Positions 21,639-31,170 of a stretch of DNA of 64,000 bases are shown here, piece by piece (position 1 is the first letter of the stretch; each line of letters opens with the position of its first letter). A program made the position numbers and the translations under genes. Below the pieces are notes generated by a model that worked only from the letters and a program-made list of their open reading frames with translations, did not search any database and was not told where the DNA came from. This stretch comes from Patescibacteria group bacterium (GTDB lineage Bacteria > Patescibacteriota > Microgenomatia > UBA1400 > PJMF01): NCBI GenBank assembly GCA_041747555.1, contig JBGTEY010000013.1, forward strand, positions 208,814 through 272,813, read 5' to 3'.

Positions 21639-22514
21639 ATGGCAAAACGCTCACTTATCGTCGCCCATCATGCTCCGGATTTAGACGCAATTGGTGCAGC
21701 GTGGCAATTGGTACGATTTAACTCCCAAGAATATAGCGGTGCACAATTTGCGTTTGTAAATCCCGGAGAACGAATTAGTCTTGACATGGCCGCATCACTC
21801 GGATTTGATCTCCATGAAGTGGTCCACGTTGACACCGGACTCGGTAAATTTGACCATCACCAACCAGAGCGAGGCCACCAGCAAATATCTGCAAGCTCGC
21901 TCGTATTTGACCACAACTGTGGAATCCACCCAGAATTAGAACAAGATAGTGCACTACAAAGCATCGTCCAATTTATTACTGAAATCGATCACTTTGGTGA
22001 AATCCATTGGCCCGAATCAGATCACGATCGATATTCGTTTATGGTGCATGAATTGCTGCGTGGAATTGAAAATGTTGAGCCACACGATGATGAATCCATG
22101 CTGCATTTTGGTATAAAATGCCTCGATGCGGTGTACGCAAATCTCACTCAAAAATTAAAAGCCAAGGAAATTATTGCAGAAAAAGGTCAAGAGTTTTCGC
22201 TTTCTTATGGAAAATGCCTCGCCCTAGAAACACGAAACGACGACACGATTAAGCTCGCGCAAATGCAGGGATATGTCGTCGTGATCAAAAAAGACCCCAA
22301 AATTGGATCAATTAGAATAAAGGCTCGGCCCGATAGCAACGTCGAGCTCAAGCCCTTGCACGAGGCAGTTATAAAAGCGGACACTACTGGCACTTGGTAC
22401 TACCACCCCAGCGGAAAAATGCTCCTCAACGGCTCAGATAAATCCCATAACCAAACACCAAGCCCACTGACACTTGAAGAAATTGTAACGTTAGCAAAAA
22501 AATCATTAGGCTAA
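21639..22514 (+). CDS. DHH/MYG1-like phosphoesterase
   Basis: HHAPDLDA, HVDTG, FDHHQ motifs; ATG 21639 lies 6 nt after TATACT. Confidence 0.65.
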   Translation: MAKRSLIVAHHAPDLDAIGAAWQLVRFNSQEYSGAQFAFVNPGERISLDMAASLGFDLHEVVHVDTGLGKFDHHQPERGHQQISASSLVFDHNCGIHPELEQDSALQSIVQFITEIDHFGEIHWPESDHDRYSFMVHELLRGIENVEPHDDESMLHFGIKCLDAVYANLTQKLKAKEIIAEKGQEFSLSYGKCLALETRNDDTIKLAQMQGYVVVIKKDPKIGSIRIKARPDSNVELKPLHEAVIKADTTGTWYYHPSGKMLLNGSDKSHNQTPSPLTLEEIVTLAKKSLG

Positions 22515-22527
22515 AGAGGAGTGTGCC

Positions 22528-22995
22528 ATGCAAAAATCAGACTGTATATTTTGTCAAATTGTGGTCGGTGATGCACCATCACACACCATTTGGGAGAGCG
22601 AAACTCATCAGGCATTTCTATCTATTTTCCCAAATACCGAAGGTTTCACCGTAGTTATTCCCAAAGCACATCATGGGAGTTATGCATTCGAGCAGGATGA
22701 CCAAGTCTTGTCAGAATTGGTAATCGCCACCAAAAAAGTTGCCCTTCTCCTCGATAAATACTATGATGATGTCGAGCGGTGCGGGATGTTTTTCGAGGGT
22801 TATGGTGTGGACCACCTCCATTCTAAGCTTTTCCCGATGCACGGCACCGCAGATCAAGGCAATGCTCCAAAAGAAAGTGCCACATTCGATACTTATTTTG
22901 AAAACTATCCGGGGTATTTGAGCTCAAACAACTCATTGAGAGCAGATGATAAACAACTAGCAGCGCTCGCCGCTGAAATTAGAAACGCTGCCTAA
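22528..22995 (+). CDS. HIT family hydrolase
   Basis: DCIFCQIV, VVIPKAH, VDHLHSKL (third His of the triad replaced by Lys). Confidence 0.85.
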   Translation: MQKSDCIFCQIVVGDAPSHTIWESETHQAFLSIFPNTEGFTVVIPKAHHGSYAFEQDDQVLSELVIATKKVALLLDKYYDDVERCGMFFEGYGVDHLHSKLFPMHGTADQGNAPKESATFDTYFENYPGYLSSNNSLRADDKQLAALAAEIRNAA

Positions 22996-23109
22996 CAGCA
23001 ACCCAAGTCTTTCTCTTGTTAAAACGGTGGTTGTTTTGTATAATAGGCAATTCGGACAACGTAATTAAATACAAAAAAACATTCCACTCCGGTGGAAGGA
23101 GGTGACAAC

Positions 23110-23364
23110 GTGCCAGTTATCGTAAAAGCGCAGGGAAGTGACAGTACCTACGACGTAATCAAGAAATTCAAAAAAGCGAGTGCAAGTGCAGATACTGTAC
23201 AAAAAGCACGTGATCGTCGTTTCTTTCAAAAACCTTCAAAAAAGAGAGCCATTAAGAAAATCGAAGTCAAACGACTCCGCAGACGCGCCCGATCACTCAA
23301 GAAAATGAAGAACGTTTCCGCAGCTTCAATTCAGAGAATCATGGATCGCATCAACACGCTCTAA
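23110..23364 (+). CDS. rpsU: 30S ribosomal protein bS21
   Basis: VIVK...IKKFKK...RDRRFFQKPSKKR basic pattern; GTG 23110 with SD GGAGGT. Confidence 0.8.
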   Translation: MPVIVKAQGSDSTYDVIKKFKKASASADTVQKARDRRFFQKPSKKRAIKKIEVKRLRRRARSLKKMKNVSAASIQRIMDRINTL

Positions 23365-23479
23365 ACAGTTCGTTTAGAATTTCCAAAATATTTTCAAAAA
23401 AACGGTAGTTACGCGCTCGCACTATTTATAGAGCACCCAGAATGCATCTTGCAGAGTAATAGCTAAATATCTTCTGTGG

Positions 23480-24016
23480 TTAATTTCTTCTGGATTTAAC
23501 CCGAGCTTTAATCTTAAATTCCCACTGATCACCGTCACTGGTGTCAAAACTGGTGGAATTCGTCATTTGATAGTAATTAATCAAATGATTACTGAGTGTT
23601 TCTTCGATTTCTTTCTTTTGTTCATTAAGCTCGCCGATTTGGGTTTTGAGAACTTGTGCTTCAGCACTTTCACGAAGTGATGATTTTCGAGCCTTAACTT
23701 GTTGCGTGATTTGATCTGCTTGCTCTTGAGCTTCACTTAATTCAGAATCATTTTCGAATAAATTACTCAACATCTCACGACGCTCTTTGAGTTCTTGTGC
23801 TAAATTCTCAAGCTGTTGAGCATTTCTTTCAATAATATTTTGTAAGAACTGCAAACTCTCTGCGACTTCATCAGAAGCTGCAACTTCATCTCCACCGGCA
23901 TCAACCGATGACAATGCATCGAGTGCCAAATCTTGACTACTCTGAAGCTGCGGAGTGTCACTCGCAGCCAGCGCTGGCGTGGAGGTATTTGTATTTGAAG
24001 TTGAAGTATCTGACAT
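23480..24016 (-). CDS. Hypothetical coiled-coil protein
   Basis: 178-aa ORF with E/Q/L heptads; no catalytic motif recognised. Confidence 0.75.
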   Translation of the reverse strand: MSDTSTSNTNTSTPALAASDTPQLQSSQDLALDALSSVDAGGDEVAASDEVAESLQFLQNIIERNAQQLENLAQELKERREMLSNLFENDSELSEAQEQADQITQQVKARKSSLRESAEAQVLKTQIGELNEQKKEIEETLSNHLINYYQMTNSTSFDTSDGDQWEFKIKARVKSRRN

Positions 24017-24152
24017 GTATGCCTTTCTATATATACTGAAGCCGATGACAAACTAACGGTACTACTGTACCCCAAAGCTTCTCCGAAGACAAGTTGCGAC
24101 ATAGCAACAAACTGGACTTGATACTTCTTGGCTTACACTTGATAATAGAGTA

Positions 24153-25577
24153 ATGAAAAAATCAACAAAAATAGTAGCTACAATTGGACCTGCCACGGAA
24201 TCTGAGGAAATGATGGAGAAGCTCATTCGCTCTGGAATGAACGTCGCGCGCTTCAACACCAAGCACTCCACACCCGCGTGGCATCTTGAAAGAATGAAGC
24301 GAATTCGTACTGTTGCGAAGAAATTAGGCGAACCAATCGGCATTCTTCTTGATCTACAGGGACCAGAAATTAGAATTGATATCCCGGGAGAAGCCGCTTT
24401 TGAAGCCAAAGAGGGTACCGAAGTAATTTTTACCTCTCAAAAAGATTCCAAGGATCAAACCCGACCTATTATTCCACAAAAGGTAATTGATGTCTTAGAA
24501 ATAGGTGGGCGAATTCTCGTTGATGATGGAGTCGGTGAATTTGTGATTACCAAAAATCTTGGTAACGAAGTCCATGCTCGCGCACTTTCAACATTCATGA
24601 TTGCACACCGCAAGACACTTAATACTCCTGGTGTTACGGTCGACATGCCTTCACTTATCCCACAAGACTACAAATTTCTCGATGCGATTGATAGCAATGC
24701 AGTTGACTTTGTGGCACTTTCTTTTGTGAGGACTGCAGAGGATGTGTTAATTCTTCGCAGAGAACTTGAGGAAAGAAATATTGATGCGCTCATTTGTTCA
24801 AAAATCGAAAACCAGTCAGCGCTGAACAATTTGGAAAAAATAATTGAAGTATCAGATGCCGTAATGGTAGCGCGTGGCGATCTCGCAGTCGAGGTACCCT
24901 ATCCAGAACTCACGTATTGGCAAAAACGTATTATTCATATGTCTCGAGAATACGGTCGACCAGTGATTACAGCTACCCAAATGCTTAAATCAATGGTCAA
25001 TCTCCCCCGTCCGACTCGTGCTGAAGTTTCTGATGTGGCTAACGCAGTCTATGACGGTACAGACGCAGTGATGTTGTCAGAAGAAACGACTATTGGAAAG
25101 TACCCAGCAGAAGCTGTTGCGACACAACGAGCGATTGTAAGCTTTAATGAGCCACACGCACTACCTATGCCGCTCAAAACAACTGACAGTGCACCACCTT
25201 CATACGTCGCCCATGCCGCGGTTTCATTGCTTGAAATTTCTCAACTAGAAACCAACAACATTAAAATTGATAGAATTGTTTGCCTGACCGAATCTGGGCT
25301 CACCGCACGATTAGTATCTCGCTTTAGACCACACGTGCCAATCTATGCAGTCACCAGCACCGAGCGAACCCGTCGTCGATTGAGTCTAGTTTTTGACGTC
25401 ACTCCATTCGCACTGAAGCTACCAGACAAGGGTAGGGTAGAAGCAGGTGACGATCTGCTGGAAAAACTTGAAGAGTTCGGCATTGCAAAATCTGGAGAAA
25501 CAATTCTACTGCTTCACGGCACCTATTGGAAGAAACCTGGCCTTACAAATACCTTATCGATATTATTGATACCGTAA
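24153..25577 (+). CDS. pyk: Pyruvate kinase
   Basis: TKIVATIGPA, DLQGPEIR, SKIEN, MVARGDLAVE, ITATQML, PTRAEVSDVANAVYDGTDAVMLS. Confidence 0.97.
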   Translation: MKKSTKIVATIGPATESEEMMEKLIRSGMNVARFNTKHSTPAWHLERMKRIRTVAKKLGEPIGILLDLQGPEIRIDIPGEAAFEAKEGTEVIFTSQKDSKDQTRPIIPQKVIDVLEIGGRILVDDGVGEFVITKNLGNEVHARALSTFMIAHRKTLNTPGVTVDMPSLIPQDYKFLDAIDSNAVDFVALSFVRTAEDVLILRRELEERNIDALICSKIENQSALNNLEKIIEVSDAVMVARGDLAVEVPYPELTYWQKRIIHMSREYGRPVITATQMLKSMVNLPRPTRAEVSDVANAVYDGTDAVMLSEETTIGKYPAEAVATQRAIVSFNEPHALPMPLKTTDSAPPSYVAHAAVSLLEISQLETNNIKIDRIVCLTESGLTARLVSRFRPHVPIYAVTSTERTRRRLSLVFDVTPFALKLPDKGRVEAGDDLLEKLEEFGIAKSGETILLLHGTYWKKPGLTNTLSILLIP

Positions 25578-25596
25578 GGATCAGGAGAAAGGCACA

Positions 25597-25848
25597 ATGA
25601 GTAAAAAAAGCGGAGGTCTCTTTGCATTCTTGACTGGTATGGCTGTTGGTGCAGCTGCACTATTCCTGTCAGATGAAGGCAATAGAAAAAAAACCCAAAA
25701 AGCAGTCAAAGACACAACTGAAGCTGCCAAAAAAGAAGCTAAAAAACTTCAAGCTAAGGCGATGAAAGTCAAAAAAACTGCGGTGGCAAAGGCCAAAAAA
25801 GTCCAAACTGCAGCTAAAAAAGCACAAGAAGTCGCCCGAAAAGGCTAG
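25597..25848 (+). CDS. YtxH-like small protein
   Basis: FLTGMAVGAAALFL N-terminal helix followed by K/A-rich helix. Confidence 0.7.
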   Translation: MSKKSGGLFAFLTGMAVGAAALFLSDEGNRKKTQKAVKDTTEAAKKEAKKLQAKAMKVKKTAVAKAKKVQTAAKKAQEVARKG

Positions 25849-25911
25849 TTTCAAACAAAGTCGCACCAAATTGCACGGTCTGCGGTATAATAACCCTCTT
25901 GTGTACGTAGT

Positions 25912-25985
25912 GCGCCAATAGCTCAGCCGGATAGAGCAACTGCCTTCTAAGCAGTAGGTCGCAGGTTCGAGTCCTGCTTGGCGCA
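25912..25985 (+). tRNA. tRNA-Arg(UCU)
   Basis: GCGCCAA/TTGGCGC acceptor; anticodon loop CTTCTAA; GGTTCGAGTCC; CCA not encoded. Confidence 0.96.
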
Positions 25986-26128
25986 CAGGGATTGTCTCAT
26001 CTTGGTAACGCTCGACGAGAATAATTTATTACACTTTGCTGTATAATAACTTCAGTTCATATTGAGCTCAATCTCAATATGACAAAATAGTACTTTAACA
26101 TACTTAAGATATCGATTATTATTGAAGA

Positions 26129-26463
26129 GTGCCCAAAATTAATTGCAAAATTTGCAGTCAATTGTTTTATATAAAACCAAGTCACCAAAAGCTCGGTTGG
26201 GGCATTTATTGTTCTGTTCCATGTAGAGTAATTGGTCAAGTGGCATTGGCTCATATCGGAACATCTTAGATCGAACTGATATTGAAAAAAAATGCCTCGC
26301 ATGCAAAACGAAAGACGAGAGAATTTTAGTTGTTCATCATATCGATCAAAATAGGAGAAATAACGATGAGACTAATTTAATTTGGCTTTGTCACAATTGT
26401 CATCATTTGGCCCATCACGACAAGGACTTTAAAAAAGACTTCACCAAATCGATACTCAAGTAA
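26129..26463 (+). pseudogene. HNH endonuclease, frameshifted or internally deleted (absent from ORF track)
   Basis: Frame A from GTG 26129: MPKINCKIC...YCSVPCR (stop 26267-26269). Frame B: ...NWSSG..YR...CLAC...VVHHIDQNRRNN...NLIWLCHNCHHLAH...stop 26461-26463. Confidence 0.85.
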
Positions 26464-26467
26464 AAAT

Positions 26468-26542
26468 GGTGCCTGTAGCTCAGTTGGTTAGAGCGCCGCT
26501 CTGTGGCAGCGGAGGTCGCGAGTTCAAATCTCGTCAGGCACC
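26468..26542 (+). tRNA. tRNA-His(GUG)
   Basis: Encoded G-1, GTGCCTG/CAGGCAC acceptor, C73, anticodon arm CCGCT-CTGTGGC-AGCGG. Confidence 0.95.
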
Positions 26543-26562
26543 CATCTTTTTAGCATACTTTG

Positions 26563-26590
26563 GTTACCCTCACTTACAGTTGTAAGTAAC
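26563..26590. repeat. Direct repeat copy 1 (GTTAC..CTCACTTACAGTTGT..GTAAC)
   Basis: The 15-bp core 26569-26583 is identical to 27821-27835; both copies are flanked by GTTAC and GTAAC. Confidence 0.5.
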
Positions 26591-26649
26591 TTCATTCTTT
26601 TATGATTGCTTGCATGACTGGTACAATAATCCTAATCATCAAATAGTGC

Positions 26650-27135
26650 ATGCTTATGAACTACGTCCCTTTTCTTGACTCTTTTTTTGAACAGATAAAC
26701 GGTGTTGGCTTAGACATCACGGGCTTACCACTAGATCACATAGCCTATCAAGCCTCAACCAAGGAAGACTATGAGCAACACCGCCCCGATTTTTCCAAAC
26801 TTGGTGAGTTAGTCAGTGAAGAAATAATTGGTGGTCGCCGCGTAGCAGTTGTAAAACTCGATAAACCACTTATCTACCAAAACTATTCTATTTCAGCCTT
26901 AGAACTAATCGAGCCAAAAGAGGGACAACAATGTGAGTCTGCTTTCCAACATGCTGAGTTTGTGGTCAATCAACCATTCGAGGACTACATCGAGCAATAT
27001 CCAGATATTAAATGGGATACAAGCTCTATGCACCGAGATGAGTTTTCTCACTTAAAGCTTAACTTTGACAACGGCTTAACTCTCAAGTTTTTAGAAAAAC
27101 CAATACTGGAATTATTCGAAGCAAAAAAGAAGTAA
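26650..27135 (+). CDS. VOC-superfamily YecM-like protein
   Basis: LDHIAY, SEEIIGGRRVAVVKL, LELIEP, FQHAEFV, LKF. Confidence 0.8.
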   Translation: MLMNYVPFLDSFFEQINGVGLDITGLPLDHIAYQASTKEDYEQHRPDFSKLGELVSEEIIGGRRVAVVKLDKPLIYQNYSISALELIEPKEGQQCESAFQHAEFVVNQPFEDYIEQYPDIKWDTSSMHRDEFSHLKLNFDNGLTLKFLEKPILELFEAKKK

Positions 27136-27138
27136 TCT

Positions 27139-27720
27139 ATGAAAATCCTTTTTGTAAGACACGGTGAGAGTGTAGACGATATTGAAGATCGTTATGGTGG
27201 TTGGGCTGATTTTGATTTAACAGAAAAAGGTATGGTGCAGATCACAAAAGCTGTGAAGAAGATTTCCTTACTTAGTACTGACTTTGAGATTGTTTTGACT
27301 TCCCCTTTGAAAAGAGCTTTTCAAACAGCAAAAATTATTAGTAATCAGCTGAGTCTTAATTTGGAGGTTCTTGAGTATTTGAAGGAGAGAAACTTGAATG
27401 GAATTTTGACTGGATTAACTTGAAGCGAAGCAAAAACAAAATATCCAAAACTGGTCGCAGCGCATAGTAATTGGGAGTACGTAGATGGAAGCGAAAGGAC
27501 AGAAGACTTCGATAAAAGGATAAAAAATGCCTGTGAGTACTTACTGGGGATGAAGTATAAAGCAATAGTTGTCGTGACTCATGGACTATTCTTGAAGACC
27601 TTTTTCAAAGAAATAATGAGTATTGATGTTGAAAAGGTTGGTGATGGAGGTTTTGCGTTGCTTGAAGAAGATAATAAAAACTTCAAGGTGTTAAAGATGG
27701 ATGGAATAGAACTTGGGTAG
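27139..27720 (+). pseudogene. Histidine phosphatase (PGM family) interrupted by one in-frame TGA at 27421-27423
   Basis: VRHGES, TSPLKRAFQTA and LKERNLNG precede the stop; the same frame continues SEAKTKYP...VVVTHG...to TAG 27718-27720. Confidence 0.88.
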
Positions 27721-27812
27721 TACTGAGATTTCGTATTTCACCAAGTCTTAACCTCACCAACCCAAACTGCACACTGTCATCAAACGCTGATACAATACGC
27801 TTAATCGAGGTT

Positions 27813-27842
27813 GTTACTTGCTCACTTACAGTTGTTGGTAAC
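27813..27842. repeat. Direct repeat copy 2
   Basis: GTTACttg-CTCACTTACAGTTGT-tgGTAAC. Confidence 0.5.
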
Positions 27843-27976
27843 GCACCCATCCTGTATGGGTTGTGTATGCACCACAACCAAAAATAAAACCGTCGTAATT
27901 TGATAATTCCAACCAATATTTATTTCCCAAAGAACACTTGCTACAATAAGAATCATGACAAAAAAGGTGTGTAAAA

Positions 27977-28348
27977 ATGGACAGTCATTTAATGAAAAAT
28001 AAATTTACTGATGTCGACAGTTATATAAAAAATGCTCCCGAATGGGCACAAGAGACGCTTATTGCATTGCGAAAGGCCATAATAGAATCAGCGCCAGAAG
28101 CAATAGAGTCGATCAGTTATCACATGCCCTATTATTCCCAAAACGGGCGATTAGCATATTTTGGAGCATACAAAAATCACTGTAGTTTTCACTGGATTAG
28201 CTCTGAGGATAAGAAGATATTTGCGCAAGAACTTGCCAAGCAAAAAGTAGTTGGTAGCACATTGCAAATCCCACGAGGAGAAAAAGTCCCTTCTGGACTC
28301 ATTAAAAAAATTGTAACACTTCGCCTCAAAAATAATGAAAGAAAATAA
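27977..28348 (+). CDS. DUF1801 (YdhG-like) protein
   Basis: VDSYI...LRKAIIESAPEAIESISYHMPYY...YFGAYKNHCS...LIKKIV. Confidence 0.85.
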   Translation: MDSHLMKNKFTDVDSYIKNAPEWAQETLIALRKAIIESAPEAIESISYHMPYYSQNGRLAYFGAYKNHCSFHWISSEDKKIFAQELAKQKVVGSTLQIPRGEKVPSGLIKKIVTLRLKNNERK

Positions 28349-28433
28349 AACAGTTCCTCCAAAGATGAAGAAATACGCCTTCTTCGATGACTAGAAAAAA
28401 GTTAAACTATTTGCAAACTGATACAATATCTGC

Positions 28434-29201
28434 ATGAAGCTCAAGTTCATCACTCTCAACCTATACGAAGGTGGCCTACTTTTTGACAACATTGAGGAAT
28501 TCTTAAAAAAAGAAAATCCCGATTTCATTGCTTTTCAGGAAGTTAATAACGGAACTGACCCCAAACTGCCTAAAAATCTGAGATCAATGCAAGTACTCTC
28601 TGAGCTACTACCCGAATACCATAATTTCTTCGCACCTGAAATTCTCTTGAGGTATCCCGAAGGCAAGATTGATATTGGAAACGCAATATTTTCACGTTTT
28701 CCTATAACTAATGAAGAAACCATTTTTTTAAATGTTCCATACGGGGAATACGATCCTGCTCCTATTGGTGGGGACTTCTCAAAGCATCCCAAAAATATGC
28801 AGTGCTGTGAAGTTGTAGTAGGTAACACATATTTGACTCTTTGCAATTTGCATGGGATTTGGGGATTAGATGGCGCTGATACTGATGACCGATTAAAAAT
28901 GAGCCAACTAATAGTTGATCAAATAAAAGACAAAAAAAACGTTATCCTAGCAGGGGATTTTAACTTGAAACCAAACACTCAAACCATCAAAAATATTGAA
29001 AAATACTTAATCAATGTTTTCAAAGACGAGCTAGAAAACACATTTAATGTGGTTAGAAAAGATTTAGTAAAGTTTCCTGGCTATGCCACAGCTGTCGTAG
29101 ATATGATTTTCACTTCTCATACTTTGAAGATAACGAAACATGCTTGTCCGAACGTGGATGTTTCTGATCACTTACCGCTCGTTATTGAGATTGAAGTTTA
29201 A
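28434..29201 (+). CDS. Endonuclease/exonuclease/phosphatase (EEP) family protein
   Basis: TLN, PDFIAFQEV, GNAIFSRFP, ILAGDFN, VDMIF, SDHLPL. Confidence 0.92.
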   Translation: MKLKFITLNLYEGGLLFDNIEEFLKKENPDFIAFQEVNNGTDPKLPKNLRSMQVLSELLPEYHNFFAPEILLRYPEGKIDIGNAIFSRFPITNEETIFLNVPYGEYDPAPIGGDFSKHPKNMQCCEVVVGNTYLTLCNLHGIWGLDGADTDDRLKMSQLIVDQIKDKKNVILAGDFNLKPNTQTIKNIEKYLINVFKDELENTFNVVRKDLVKFPGYATAVVDMIFTSHTLKITKHACPNVDVSDHLPLVIEIEV

Positions 29202-29319
29202 AACAAAAATAGCTTTTTTTACTAAGAAAAATGTTTGAGCTGAGCTTCTTCAAATTAAGTACACAATGCTATCGCACTCAAACTATTGACTCACACTCCC
29301 AAACTGCTACCATTTTCAT

Positions 29320-30021
29320 ATGATAGAGGTTGAAACAGAAGAAACACTACGACCACCTGAACATGAAATTGTACACGCCCATGTCTCGGGGGTTTTTCTG
29401 AGCGATACTTTTGAAAAAGTACCATCGCAAGATGCATCTGACGAGGGCCTCACAATTACCGAGGGAGGTGTTCAGGGTGACAGATATCGTGGGCCTGATT
29501 ATTATGTTAAATATGGCGCAAGAATTCCTGGCGCCGCATTGGGATTGCTCGGACTAAATCGAGAATCGGTCAAGGATAAAACAATAACGCCCAATCCACG
29601 CGCTGTGTATTTAATTTCTGGAACTGAAGTTGCTCGATTGCAACATGCCTTAGACAATGTTCGCCAGGGGCAAGATATTAATCCGACGTGGTTTAAAGTA
29701 AATGTAGTGATAGATACCAATGATGGAAGTCCCATTGAGTTGTCTCAGTTACCTCCCGGAACAATTATCAGATTTCCCAAAAATGAAGTTGAACTATTTA
29801 TATGGGGACCGAACGATCCCTGCACTAGGCCAGGAAAAATAATTGAAGCTGCGGGGTGGAATATCAACCCATCACAATTTCCTAAAATGGCGATAGATCA
29901 TTATGGTGCGGTCGCTAGCGTGGTCAAAGGAAATCCAGATATACGAATTTTTAAAGATGACCAAGTTGAAATCATCTATCCAAATGAAGACACCGTTTTC
30001 CCTGAGCTGAGCGCAGGTTGA
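29320..30021 (+). CDS. Divergent MOSC-domain protein
   Basis: GVQGDR, RAVYLIS, NVVI, LPPGTIIRF, PC, GAVASVVKG. Confidence 0.6.
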   Translation: MIEVETEETLRPPEHEIVHAHVSGVFLSDTFEKVPSQDASDEGLTITEGGVQGDRYRGPDYYVKYGARIPGAALGLLGLNRESVKDKTITPNPRAVYLISGTEVARLQHALDNVRQGQDINPTWFKVNVVIDTNDGSPIELSQLPPGTIIRFPKNEVELFIWGPNDPCTRPGKIIEAAGWNINPSQFPKMAIDHYGAVASVVKGNPDIRIFKDDQVEIIYPNEDTVFPELSAG

Positions 30022-30047
30022 TCAGAGAATGGTGAAAACAAGTAAGT

Positions 30048-30974
30048 CTAGTTGAAAACACTATTTTCTAGTACCTTTTTAGTTAACGCATTTCCCTCAA
30101 AAAAAGTTGTGTATGTTTTGAATGAATAATACTGAGCATTTCCCGTATCGACCAATACATACATTTCGCTATATCTTTGATCATTTTTATCAAATGCACC
30201 CCGCTCAAGGTAATATATTTTTTTACCATCGTCCATGATGGCTGTATCGACTGTTTTTTTATAAACCACAGGATGTTCAATTGGAACAAAATACCTCTGT
30301 GCAATATCAAGTAGGTATTGCATAGCCTCTTGATCAGTGCTGACTGAATAATCAGTGTTAAAGTCAATGATAGTAACTCCAATAAACCTATTGTTGTTCA
30401 TGGTTGTTGTGCGGTCAGCCAAATATTCAGAATTGTACGTTCTCAAATAGTAGTTACTTGGTGCTTGATGATCCGCAAGTTCAAAATCAGCAGGATACCT
30501 AAATACAATACCTCTATCAGTGAGGTATTCATCGCTCAAAGATGGATCCCGAATCGAATTTCGCTGAGTGATGCTCAAATCATTTACGGTGAGACCACTT
30601 TCAAGCGCATGAACATTTGCACGTTCTGTTGACCGCGAAGTTCTTTTATTGAAATCGTACGCATACGCTCCACCAAAAACTAAGACGAAATATATTGCAA
30701 GCAGAAGAGACGTTTTGATTAATTGAACGTTTGTTGGTTTGCTTACTATTTTATAAATGAAAAGAGCAAGTAAGTATGCAAGAAGTATATTTATAAATAG
30801 TATTACAGCTATAGTGGGTCCCAGCATGCATAAATCACCCTTACCCTCGCATGAATCAGTAAAAAATAGTGCAGCAATCAGCACGCTTGGAAGCATCATG
30901 ATTTGAGAAGTGACGTAAAAAAGCAGCGGCGAAAAAAGCAAGAAAATGAAGGGATATTTTTTAAGAAAATTCAT
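30048..30974 (-). CDS. Hypothetical membrane protein (3 N-terminal TM helices plus soluble domain)
   Basis: Hydrophobic N-terminal third; ATG 30974 preferred because TGCTATACT lies upstream. Confidence 0.7.
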   Translation of the reverse strand: MNFLKKYPFIFLLFSPLLFYVTSQIMMLPSVLIAALFFTDSCEGKGDLCMLGPTIAVILFINILLAYLLALFIYKIVSKPTNVQLIKTSLLLAIYFVLVFGGAYAYDFNKRTSRSTERANVHALESGLTVNDLSITQRNSIRDPSLSDEYLTDRGIVFRYPADFELADHQAPSNYYLRTYNSEYLADRTTTMNNNRFIGVTIIDFNTDYSVSTDQEAMQYLLDIAQRYFVPIEHPVVYKKTVDTAIMDDGKKIYYLERGAFDKNDQRYSEMYVLVDTGNAQYYSFKTYTTFFEGNALTKKVLENSVFN

Positions 30975-31170
30975 ATGTAATTCCAGTATAGCACTTAGCA
31001 TACATCGCGACTTTATTTGCTTACTGCTCAGAAAAACCACACATATATCTGCAATTTCAACCACAATTAATCAAAACTATACCCCACCATCAAAGACTGA
31101 TATAATAAGCATAATTGAAACTACTGATCCAATCATACTGCTCATGAGCCTGAATTCCTAAATACCAACT

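Noticed and set aside
25669-25986. 105-aa minus-strand ORF (similarly 53080-53349)
   Set aside because: Antisense translation across tRNA genes.
27421-27423. UGA recoding (code 25/4) or selenocysteine
   Set aside because: All long conserved genes are open in code 11 and several end at TGA (e.g. atpC, eno); the position is not a Cys site and no SECIS-like hairpin was recognised.
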